A DNA stretch of 63,886 nucleotides, counting the filler, from Ionaspis alba (lineage: Eukaryota), in NCBI GenBank assembly GCA_964255285.1. It is 3 parts of 3 records of this genome, joined end to end, with 100 filler letters (N's around TTAATTAATTAA, not from the genome) between each part and the next. Parts side by side here need not be neighbours in the genome. Positions count along the whole stretch, not along the records: positions 1 to 21,273 come from CAXUUL010000226.1; 2 more parts are not named here. The stretch is one strand, 5' to 3'. The notes below the pieces were generated by a model that worked only from the letters and a program-made list of their open reading frames with translations, had not been told where the DNA came from and did no database searches. This document shows, one piece after another, positions 1-11,612 of the stretch (the stretch's first letter is position 1; each line of letters begins with the position of its first letter). Both the position numbers and the translations under genes were made by a program.

Positions 1-1279
1 ATCCTTTCCCATAGATGGGTCGAACCCGAGGTCACGTTCGAAATGCTGAATTCGGCCGACTGGCGCGCTTCCAATTTGAACACACCACAGATGAAAAAGA
101 TCAAAGATGCTTGCACCAAAGCAAAAGAGCGAAAGCCGCCACTCAAGTGGCTTTGGGTGGATACCTGCTGTATCGACAAGAAAAGCTCTGTAGAGTTGAC
201 GACTTCGCTCAACTCGATGTTCGAATGGTACTACAGAGCCACTGTATGCTATGCTTATCTGCACGACGTTCCTGACCTCAAGAGCCTGGATCCGAAGCAG
301 TCCAACCAGAAGTCTGTCTGGTTTGAACGTGGGTGGACGCTACAGGAGCTGTTAGCACCGCGAAACATGGAGTTCTACGCAAAAGATTGGAAGTTGCTGG
401 GTACGAAAACGGGTCTTGCGGACATCCTACACCTCGTGACTGGCATCGACAAGAAATATCTCACCGGTGCTGGTAGTTTCAAGCAAGCCAGTGTCGCGAC
501 CCGGATGAGTTGGATGGCCGGCAGGACCACGACCATGGTTGAGGATATCGCCTATAGTATGCTGGGTCTCCTTAACGTCAACATGCCTATTCAGTATGGT
601 GAAGGTGTCAAAGCCTTCATCAGGCTGCAAAAGACACTGATGGAGAGCTCGATCGATGAGTCTATCTTTGCCTGGACAACACCGACCAAAGGGCTGACAT
701 GCTACCGAAGTCTCGGTCAGACTCCGAATTGGGCTCCCCAAAGCTGGGGACTCCTAGCACCCTCACCGGATTGCTTCGAGAAATATAGCGACCTGGTCGT
801 TATTCCAGAAATGTGCGTCCCAAGACTTTCAGGTGGGTACAGATGGACGCAACAGGGCGTACAGTTCCAGATGCCCATGAAATCCGGAACGGAGGTAACG
901 AACATGTTCGGACTGCCTCGAAAGGACGTTACCCTATCATTGAACTGCTGGAGATATGGCGCCGACGGAAAGCCACTCAACATCAGTATTGAGCTATTGA
1001 AGCACGGCGACATATATAGACGTGTCCACTGTAATGATTTGGTGCAGAAAAAAGGCGCGAAACCGAAAACCAATAGCGTTTTTGGCATCGACCAAGNNNN
1101 NNNNNNNNNNNNNNNNNNNNNNNNNNNNNNNNNNNNNNNNNNNNNNNNNNNNNNNNNNNNNNNNNNNNNNNNNNNNNNNNNNNNNNNNNNNNNNNNAAAC
1201 CAATAGCGTTTTTGGCATCGACCAAGCCCTTACGAGACCCCTCACTATTGCGTACTCCGAATTTGATCCCATGTACTGA
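1..1279 (+). CDS. HET-domain (heterokaryon incompatibility-like) protein, 5' partial
   Basis: Frame 1 from base 1 reads ILSHRW... then WLWVDTCCIDKKSSVEL, SLNSMFEWY, CYAYLHDV, WFERGWTLQELLAP, RMSWMAGRTTT, EDIAYSMLGLLNVNMPIQYGEG, DESIFAW, all typical HET-domain and downstream motifs. Merging the 30-nt overlap across the N gap gives the end ...GIDQALTRPLTIAYSEFDPMY* (1279). No NACHT/repeat domain seen. Confidence 0.9.
1097..1196. other. 100-N assembly gap with 30-nt duplicated flanks
   Basis: AAACCAATAGCGTTTTTGGCATCGACCAAG is at both 1067-1096 and 1197-1226. Confidence 0.95.
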
Positions 1280-1729
1280 CCTACCATGTACCGAAGACTT
1301 TACCGGCTAGTTCGGAATAGGGTTGTGGTACGAGCTAGGATACTGGAGGGATCCATTTTCAAAACGGTTTTTGAAGAATGCATGACGTAAAAGGAGGCTA
1401 CCAAGATAAAGCATTGTTCGACGACCGTCAGAGAAGGCAGTTGCCATCGAGATCTATTGGAGAGGGTCAAAAGAACGGGATTAGACGAGCTGCTCAACAA
1501 CGTTTGGCCAACTCAGTATGCTTATCAACCTGCATATGGATTGGCGGCTTGCCATCCTATTGGCATAGAGCAACATGAGGATGAAATGTGCCAATCGCCT
1601 AAACTCTTTTCCTTGTGCAACAAGAAGCAACGCCAATATCGCCATGCTAGATATCCCTATCAAATGCCCCTCCCAGCTAAATTAGCAGAGCCCCCCATGA
1701 CCACTCTCCTCCAACCACCCTGTCTCCCC

Positions 1730-3156
1730 CTAAGCCGGCGCCCTCGGCTTAGCCTTCGCATCCTTCTTGGCCTTCTGCTCCGCCTTAACCTTCTTCTTCT
1801 GTTCCTCCTTCTGCTCCTCCTTCTTCCTCTTCAGCTTTCCCCTCTCCTCCTCCGTCTTCGGCACCACCTTGAAAAACCCCTCCATCCGGCTCTGCTGGGC
1901 ACTCTTCACGTTCTTCGTCAATCGAGTGGCACCACTCCTGACCCTATCCTCACTGAAGCCTTTTTCCTCAACAAGGAACTTCACCAGCCCCTCGACGTCC
2001 GGTGCTTTCCAGTGGAAGTCGCAGTCGGGGTGATCGGCAGGCCGGACGTCTGGGTTGAAGAAAAGGTCCCGTGCGTCTTTGTAGGGCCAGTCGGGCGGGA
2101 TGCTGTATTTGTGTTTGGGGTCTGACTGGATGTGAGAGACGACTGCTTCGAGGGTGCCGTGTTCGCGAATGAGCTTCAGGGCGGTGTTGGGGCCGATTTT
2201 GGGAATAGGGTCGACGTAGTCACAGCCGAGGAGAATGCAGAGGTCGATGAACTGGCCTGTATCAGCTTCTGATCGGTAGGGTTGACGAGGGAAGTAAGGT
2301 TAGGTAGACGCGGAAAGCGCTCACTTGTGTTCGGTCCATCGCTAGTCCTTCGAGGACGCGATCAAGGTGGATTTCTTGGATGGGTTCTTTTCGCATTTCA
2401 CTGAACGTCAAGTGCCGGAGAAGGATCGGCGTGTCGAAACAGAGCGTGTCCATGTCTTCAGAGGCTGCTGCGAATACTTTGCCTGCACGTGCCAGGGCAG
2501 CGCATTGGGCTTCGGCTTCAGTGGGGGCATCGATATATGGAACACCCATAAGGGTGAGCAATTTCTTGCACTCTGCATTGTGTTCTTTCGTGACCCTTAC
2601 TGTGCGTCTTGAGAACTTCTCCACCTCCTCCGTTGTGCCAGTCTCCTTAGCTTCTTCGTGAGCTTCCGTTGCTTCGGCCTTGCGTTGAAAACGTTTAGCT
2701 AATTCGCCGGACTTCAGTTTTGGTGGGGCGCCATCGAAGACATAGAGAGGTTTGATGCCGTTGTCAACGATGCGAAGTGTACGGTAGAACATGCCCATGA
2801 GATGGGAGGTGGTCTCGCCTGTTTCATTCATGAGCTGTTGGCCCTCGGAGCGAACGGCGATGAGGAAGCTGTAGATGCTCATTGAGCTGGAGGGTGTCCA
2901 TGTCAGAATTCTGTATTCGCAATAGACTCGACTACACCTACGCATCCTTACAAAGGTCAGCGCTGGTAACGTCGTCCTTGAAAATGCAATGGTACATACT
3001 ATAGCGACTTTTCGTCCAAAATGATTTTTGATTTCACTATTCTTGACGGCATCGGGAGCATGCTCGTTGATGACGGAGAAGAGCTCTAAGAGGGTGTCAG
3101 AATCGTGGTATCAAAGGCTCGACGAGAATTCGACTGTACTCACGTTTGATACCCAT
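1730..3156 (-). CDS. FEN1: Flap endonuclease 1 (Rad27/FEN1), multi-exon
   Basis: Spliced reading [53 protein letters not shown]...[14 protein letters not shown]...YVFDGAPP...EAEAQCA...SEDMDTL...[13 protein letters not shown]-terminal PIP box QSRMEGFF and Lys-rich tail; includes a 5-nt micro-exon at 2942-2946. Confidence 0.97.
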
Positions 3157-3231
3157 CGTGGCTGCTGTGAATGAAGGTTAGGATAGTAGGTAGGCTTCTG
3201 ATTGAAGGGTGAGACGAGATGGTCGACACGA

Positions 3232-3242
3232 ACGCGTCGCGT
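3232..3242. promoter_or_regulatory. Tandem MCB-like (MluI cell-cycle box) elements upstream of FEN1
   Basis: ACGCGTCGCGT about 75 bp upstream of the FEN1 ATG; ACGCGT is the MBF site typical of DNA-replication genes in ascomycetes. Confidence 0.55.
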
Positions 3243-3595
3243 ATCAAAACCACTTTAGAGTAGATACGGAAAGGCTGCTCAGATCATCGATGAGAAGTAG
3301 ATGAATCAATTCTGCGTCGCGTTATGTCGAGTAACCGTATGCCGTAAACGTTGTTCGAACTTTCACTTAAAGACAGAATTTCTATTGTTGCTGTCAACAC
3401 CCCAATTCCCATGTAGATCTCGAGCGAAGATGACGTCGTGGTTCGAAGGTGTGGAACATCGGCCGAGGTTCTCTCTCGGTTCTGCCGGCTGCGTTTGCGG
3501 AGAAAAAAAAGCTGGAGTCGATCCCGCAATATTTTCTATAAAGTCCCTGGGATCTACGGAATTTCCAATGCATTCACGAATTTTCTTTCTTCAAG

Positions 3596-5027
3596 ATGTT
3601 GAGGAGTATATTTAGGCAGGATGCCAAATTTCTGTTTCGTTCTTCACCCAGGTCCGGTATAGGCAGAAGATATGCCCATGCTCCCGCGGCGTTCAATTGG
3701 GAGGACCCTTTAGGGGCTTCGAACCTTTTCACGGAGGAGGAGTTGGCGATACAGGAGACGGCTAGATCTTACTGTCAGGAGCGCATGCTGCCTCGAGTAA
3801 TAGGTCTGTATAGCATCCGTAGTACTATCTTGCATTTAAACTAACAAGGTTGCTGTCAGACGCTTATCGGAATGAACATTATGACCGGAAAATTCTTGAA
3901 GAGATGGGAGAATTGGGACTACTTGGGGCAACGATAAAGGGATACGACTGCGCAGGTGTCAGCAGTGTAGCTTCTGGTCTCATCACACGGGAGGTCGAGA
4001 GGGTAGATTCCGGCTACCGGTCAGGAATGTCCGTGCAAAGTTCCTTGGTCATGGGAGGTATCGACGAGTTTGGAACGCAGTCACAGAAAGACAAGTACTT
4101 GCCAGGGCTAGCAAAAGGAAAAATCCTAGGATGCTTTGGGCTAACAGAACCTAATCATGGCTCCGATCCTGGTTCTATGGAAACGACTGCCAAACCACAT
4201 CCCTCCAAGAAAGGTTATCTATCGATATCTGGATCAAAGACGTGGATTACCAACTCTCCCATCGCGGATGTCATGTTGGTGTGGGCCAAGCTGCAAAGCA
4301 CTGGCAAGATCCGAGGATTCCTGATTGACCGTGATCAATGTCCTCCAGGCACTCTGGAGACACCCCCACTCAAGAACAAAAATGGCCTTCGAGCCTCGAT
4401 CACTGGCATGATCCAACTCGATGAATGTCCCATACCGGAAGCCAATATGTTTCCCGAGGTTGAGGGACTTCGAGGACCCTTCAGCTGTCTCAACTCTGCT
4501 CGTTTCGGGATCGCATGGGGCACCATGGGCGCACTCGAGGACTGTATTGACAGAGCGAGGACTTATGCCCTCGAAAGAAGACAATTCAAGAACAATCCGA
4601 TTGCAAAGTATCAGTTGGTACAGAAGAAACTTTCTGACGCTGTGACCGATGCTGCGTATGGTATCCTGGCCGCCACTCAAGTTGGGAGACTCAAGGATGA
4701 GGGTAAAGCTGCACCTGAGATGATATCGATGATCAAAAGGCAGAATTGTGATCGAGCCCTGATAAATGCACGAATGTGAGTATCTCCTTCCTCAGCAACA
4801 GGATCGTTCTGACACATGGTTAGATTACAGGAGATTTTCGGAGGTAACGCCGTTAGTGACGAATATGGTATTGGCAGACATGTTGCCAATCTGTTTGTAA
4901 CACAGACATATGAAGGACAGAGTGACATCCACAGTAAGTAAAAATGAAGTGATAGTTGAAGATGGCTCTAACAAACTCAGGTTTGATTCTTGGAAGAGCA
5001 ATCACTGGTATTCAGGCGTTTGTGTAA
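3596..5027 (+). CDS. Glutaryl-CoA dehydrogenase, mitochondrial (4 exons)
   Basis: Arg-rich transit-like N-terminus, [46 protein letters not shown]; later exons [36 protein letters not shown] and [14 protein letters not shown]. Confidence 0.95.
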
Positions 5028-5607
5028 TGGGCATGAAAGATTAGGTTGATACCACTTTGACCGGATAGAAAAAGTCATAGAATTAGTAGTGAATGTACAT
5101 ATCGGCTAGTCTTGAGCAACTTTACTGGAAGAGGATATTGGCGATATATTTGTGGAAGGGTCAGCAATTCTACATCAGTTATTCAGAGGTGAACTTGAGA
5201 TAAAGGTTGGAAATCCTTCAAAAGAGAAATGAATGGAATCTCTACGACATGACTCAATATATGCGGTGACTAGGTAGTCTGCGGCACGGTCACACCAGAG
5301 CGACAAGCAAGGCTTCGCTGACTTAATCGTTTGCTTTCTCGACCACGATTTCTCTCAGATTCATCAAAGCCCATCAACACTCACATCACGCTCTAGAAGA
5401 CTCGAAATTCTTTCACGCCCCTGCGCTTCTACCTCTGTGTCATCTCTCGTTCGCATAAGCCGCTATAAGTATCCACTAGACGTCGATCTTTCAGGGACAA
5501 ACCAACTTCAACCACGACATCCCACTCTCGCAATCTCCGGAGGCTCTCAGTCACCTAGGATACTTCGCTCTCGTCTACGCCCAAAGTAATCAACAAATCC
5601 CTTCATA

Positions 5608-6425
<818 letters not shown>

Positions 6426-7721
6426 TGGCCGAACCGGACGATTCGGGAGGCGAGGCATTTCTTTGATGATCTGGAGCATGGGTACAAGAAGGCAATTTGG
6501 TATTCGATTCATCAGACAAAGCTCGAGTGAACCTGAAGAGCAGGCAAGACAATGTTGAGTGGGTGGGCATACAGTGAAGGCATTCACCATTTTCTTTGTG
6601 ACTGGTGTCGGACACTAGCTTGCTAGCAGGATTAATCCCGTTCTTCTCGTCCTAGTCAAATTTTGAGTGCAAATTGATTGCTTTGTGTTTGGGGTTCGAA
6701 AAGAGATTGGTTTCCTTATCCTGGATGATCAGTAACGTGATCATTTCATGTTCTCATAGCTGAGACGTAGAACGTGCTTCAAAATCAATTCTAAAATCCC
6801 CACCCATGGCGGAGAACCACATCATGGCCACGAAACCATCCCCAGCTGGACGTCGAAGAATCTTCAGGATACGCAATTCTTCCCAAACCTCCGCGGCCGG
6901 GCTGGCTTATGTTCCGGCATTCCGTTAACGAGTAGAAGAGTAGAAAATTCGTGCATGAATCACGGTTGGCGAGATTGCTATTCTGATACTCGCTTAAAGC
7001 GGCTGAAACATCAGCATGCCACAACCACCCATGGCAGCATCATAGCATCAAAGCATTACGAACCTCGAAACGAGCATTCGTATGCCATTGCCCCACTGCG
7101 ACCATAACAATCTACTGCTATTGGCTCACAGATGAGGGAGCATGGTGAATATTAGTCACAACTCGTACCGAAAGAGGCTTCTTGCTCCCTCGCAATCCCT
7201 GCCGAGGATGATTTGCCCCATGCCCTTGCCTGAAGAGAGGGTGAGACGGCGGAGGTAGGTGCATACGTGTGGCAAGAGAGGAGTACGGGCTTCTTTCTTT
7301 TGATCTTCTACAACACATCTGGTCTTTCCCTTCATATCGTCTGTTCGTCGTCGAGTTGTTGGTTCTTCCTTCGGACACTTTCTGAAGTTTGTTTGGCGCG
7401 TATCAACCATATTTTGTGTTTTGGGAAGGCAGGACCTTTGGAGTGCTGGTCGCTTTAACTTGTGAGTGCGCTGGAAGCGCTTTCCGCATTGGATCCTGGG
7501 GGATTCTTGCTGATATTGCTTTTCGCTGCAGTCTTTCTCCTCACTTGTTCGCTCTGTTACTACTATACGACCTTGATTGCGTACCCTTATTGCTTAATTG
7601 CTTCTCGCTGTCTTGCTGAGCTCTGCATCTGACCAATACTTCTGTCTCCTCGATTTCAGAACCTCCGAACAAGTTCACCCGAAACGATTGTCAATTTGTC
7701 CTGTGTACTTTCTCAGCCAAG

Positions 7722-9554
7722 ATGGAGAAAGAAGTCAGCGCCACACATTTGGAGCGATCCGATAGATCGAGGCTACCTCCATTAGCCAGGATGCTGATGT
7801 CTGGAGAGATGAGCGGAGACGCTCCAAGAGATTTGAAGCCATTTGAGAAGCTCGATCGTTGGATGGCCAACCAAGGATCTCAGAGAGTGTTTGTGGGCAT
7901 ATTCATGATCGTGCATGCTATGGTCTTCGGCTTTGGTTTCGTCAACTACTACCTCAAAGACAATCTCAATATGGCCCGCGCTACTTTCGGACTAACATAT
8001 TCCGTGGCACGAGCAGCAGCACTAGTCCTCCATCTCGACATCGCCCTACTGATTTTCCCTGTTTGTCGGACGCTTATCTCATTATTGCGGCAGACACCGT
8101 TGAACGGAATCATCCAATTCGACAAGAACATCAGCTTTCACAAGTTGGTGGCGTGGTCAATAGTGTTTTTCACATGGGTGCATACCATAGCTCATTGGAA
8201 CAATTTTGCCCAGTTATCGGCAAAGAACAACCAAGGATTCAAAGGTTTCCTCTTAGCCAACTTCGCCACAGGGCCAGGATGGTCAGGCTACATCATGCTC
8301 ACAGCGCTCATGATAATGGTTGTCACATCGATGGATAGAGCAAAACGTGCGAATTTCGAGCGATTCTGGTTCATGCACCACCTGTTCATTATTTTCTTTG
8401 TCTTTTGGTCAGTACACGGGGCGTTCTGTATGATCAAAGCAGATTCAGATCCCTTCTGCTTTGGCACAGGCGTCTTCTGGCAGTTCTGGATGTGGGGAGG
8501 ATTCGTCTACCTCGCTGAGCGAGTTATGCGAGAGGTTCGTGGCAGACACAAGACTTTCATCTCGAAAGTCATTCAGCATCCGAGCAACGTTGTGGAGTTG
8601 CAGATCAAAAAAGAACGGACGAAATCTAGGGCAGGACAGGTGAGACTCATCCTACCGTACTGGCATTCACGAGATTACTGACATCTTGACCCAGTATATC
8701 TTCCTCTGTTGCCCGGAAGTCTCTGTCTGGCAGTACCACCCTTTTACCCTCACTAGCGCTCCTGAAGAAGACTACATCTCCGTACATGTCCGCTGCGTCG
8801 GGGACTTCACAAAAGCTCTCGGCAAAGCCGTTGGTTGCAGCTTCGAACGAGGGAAAGAGAAGAAGGGAGGCGAGTCCGAGGTCGTCGGTCTGAGCGGTGG
8901 AAGCGGCACTGAAATACTGGATATGGATCCCGCCATTCGTCGCTTCCTGCCCCGTGTTTACATTGACGGGCCCTTTGGCAGCGCCTCTGAGGATGTCTTC
9001 AAATATGAGGTTGCAGTCCTGGTAGGCGCTGGTATTGGAGCCACGCCATTTGCGTCGATACTGAAGAGCGTGTGGTATCGAATGAATTATCCGATGAAAA
9101 AGACACGACTGCGAAAGGTGTATTTTTTCTGGGTGTGCAGGGATTTCGGATCCTTCGAGTGGTTTCGATCATTACTTATGGCGATTGAGGCGCAGGATAT
9201 GGATAACCATATTGAGATCCATACGGTGAGCTTTCTTTCTTCTCACTTGCGTGGATCTTCGCGTTGACTTTCTTGTAGTATCTCACGGCCAAGATTCGTC
9301 CTGACGACGCCACGAACATCATGATCAATGGAGCGAGATCTGACACCGACACCATCACCGGACTACGTGCGCCGACGAGCTTCGGTCGCCCAAATTGGAA
9401 TGCCGTTTTTAAGTCTATCCGCAAACTTCACTCACCAGCTGAGGCCGGGGTTTTCTATTGTGGACCGAAGCCATTAGCCAGTCAGTTACATACCAAGTGC
9501 AACATGTACAGCGACCGGGATTTCAATTTCGTATGGGGAAAAGAGAATTTCTAG
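7722..9554 (+). CDS. noxB: NADPH oxidase, NoxB/Nox2 isoform (3 exons)
   Basis: Heme His pairs (FHKLVAW...HTIAHW; MHHLF...VHG), FAD motif [14 protein letters not shown] motifs DGPFG and GAGIGATPF, terminal YCGP...WGKENF. The N-terminal extension [14 protein letters not shown] matches the NoxB type. Confidence 0.92.
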
Positions 9555-9885
9555 AGTATTGGCAAAGGTTGCCTACGTTTTGCCGTGGACATGATATGTT
9601 AGACATTTTTGGTGTTTGGGGTCGTGACTCGAGATATTGGTGCTGCCGATATGGGGCTCACCTTGCAATCGCTTGAGATTCTTCTAGGAAGGGTTGTGCA
9701 TGTAAGGTTTTGGGACCGGCAGTGTGTTCATGTATGATTGCATCTGCTATTTTGTATTTATGGAGGAGCTCACAGGCACCTTCTCAAAGCGCGCCTTATA
9801 TATAGTGCTATGTAGACTTTATGCACATATTCGTCTAATTATATCTTCAACGTCCCATTCCAAGGCTCTTTTGAGTACTGGTCTA

Positions 9886-11008
9886 TCATAATTTACAATG
9901 TCTTCGTGTGCACGTGTCCTTACTCTGCAGCTGATGCAGGATGAATCTAGAAGCGGCATCCATCATACCCGGACTCATCTCGTGACCTACACCGTCGAAA
10001 ACGATGTCTTCCAGGACGACGTCTCCATTCTGAAACCAACCATTGGGACCTATGGCTTGTTTGAGCCACCGTAGAAAGGGTTCGCTCTGCTTGTAAGGTA
10101 CCAACTTATCCGCGCCTCCAGCAAGGTTTAGAATACGCTTGCCTTGCAAGGTTCGCTTCATCAGCGGAACAAGTCTCTGCTGTTCCTCGTTTGAAGGGCT
10201 TTGGTAGGAATTTGAACTTGAACGCTTGGAAATATCCCCTAGAAACAATCCGGCAGGGTCACACACCTCAACTGCCCGGACTAGGCTCTTGGGAAAGTCT
10301 CGAGAGCCGATGAACGATGCTCCTGGTGGCGAGCTTTGAGTCCAGGTCTTCCGCTTGGAAACTCGTGCCCGATGATATATTAGGTTGACGTAGTCGGGGC
10401 ATCCAATGACCACAACAGCAGTAGTGATTCGGGGGTCATGTAGGATGCAATGCCAGGCTGCATGTCCACCAAGGGAGACACCGAGAACCAGATGGTCTGT
10501 GAGGGAGCGCTCCGAGTTGGGAAAGATGTAGGAGGGAAGATAGGTGATGAGCTGTGAGGTGTCTAGTGAAGTGCCATCTGCTGGCGTCAGAAGTACAGAT
10601 TTCGAGGTTGAAAGGAGAAAGCTGACGGTAGCTTGAGAACATATCTTGTGCGTGCGTTTCATTGCCTGATATCCATGCCTCGTTGGCGACAGATTCGATC
10701 TGCCTCGAGCCGTGGTTTCTTTGGTCGAACGACACAGCTATGAGACCAGGAGCTACCCGTCCTTTGGCAGCTTTGAGCTTCAATTGAGAGTTCCAGTCAT
10801 TGATGATTGAGGCTGCAATTGGTTCCATGCATTTTTGGCTCTGTAGACGGGGATGCAGTAGCCAGAGACATGCCACATTCTTGCTGTCCTGGAGTAGTTC
10901 CGCAAGGCCGAACACTGTGGTCAGTATTCCTCCTATGACATATGTTTCTTTCGATACTGGAGGAGGATGAGTGGGAAATATCTTTTCCATTGGATTGAGT
11001 GTAGCCAT
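9886..11008 (-). CDS. Alpha/beta hydrolase-fold protein (2 exons)
   Basis: SFDQRNHGSR, nucleophile elbow GVSLGGH, GGADKLVP (Asp), GVGHE (His); a short intron near 10578-10627 joins the two ORFs. Confidence 0.85.
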
Positions 11009-11612
11009 TGGTGAAGGCAGAAGCTAGTGGTCCTAGAAATGCGACCTCATAAATGAGGGTGAACGCCCTTGCTCGTAAAGATGTGGATTCCCGGGGCGTT
11101 GGTCAGCTAAACACAGCTATTTAGGCGCTGTATTGAAATTGGTCAGGAGAACAGGTAGGAGACGGAAGCCATGACCCGAAGGATAAACCAAGCTGATTCC
11201 CGCGCTAAGTTGAGGGCCTAGGTAGGGGTACTGTACCTAGTTTCATTGGCGATGGCCACCTGTTTTTGTGGGCTTGGCGAAATCGTCGGAAACGGGGGTC
11301 AAATATTTTGTCTCCTAAGCTCGTACAGAACCTTGGAAGCGACGTCAATCCAATCTCGTTCCTGTTAATCTCACATGCTCCAACGACACAACTTTACTGA
11401 ATAAAAGCCGGGTCAAACATGACGATGATGGTGACAGGAGCGATTTACATGAGATACAAGAAAAGCCATTGCACTTGGAAGACCGCCACCCAATGCCGTA
11501 AGCTCAGGGTTCGAAAGCTATAAATCCTCGACCTGTTTTGAGAGTTCCGGCTCCTAGCACGGAGGTCGTCAAAGGGCTGCTGGATGGAAGCAGGAGGGAG
11601 ACTACGGTTACA

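Noticed and set aside
1457..2125. 222-aa Leu-rich plus-strand ORF
   Set aside because: Antisense shadow of the Lys/Glu-rich FEN1 C-terminus.
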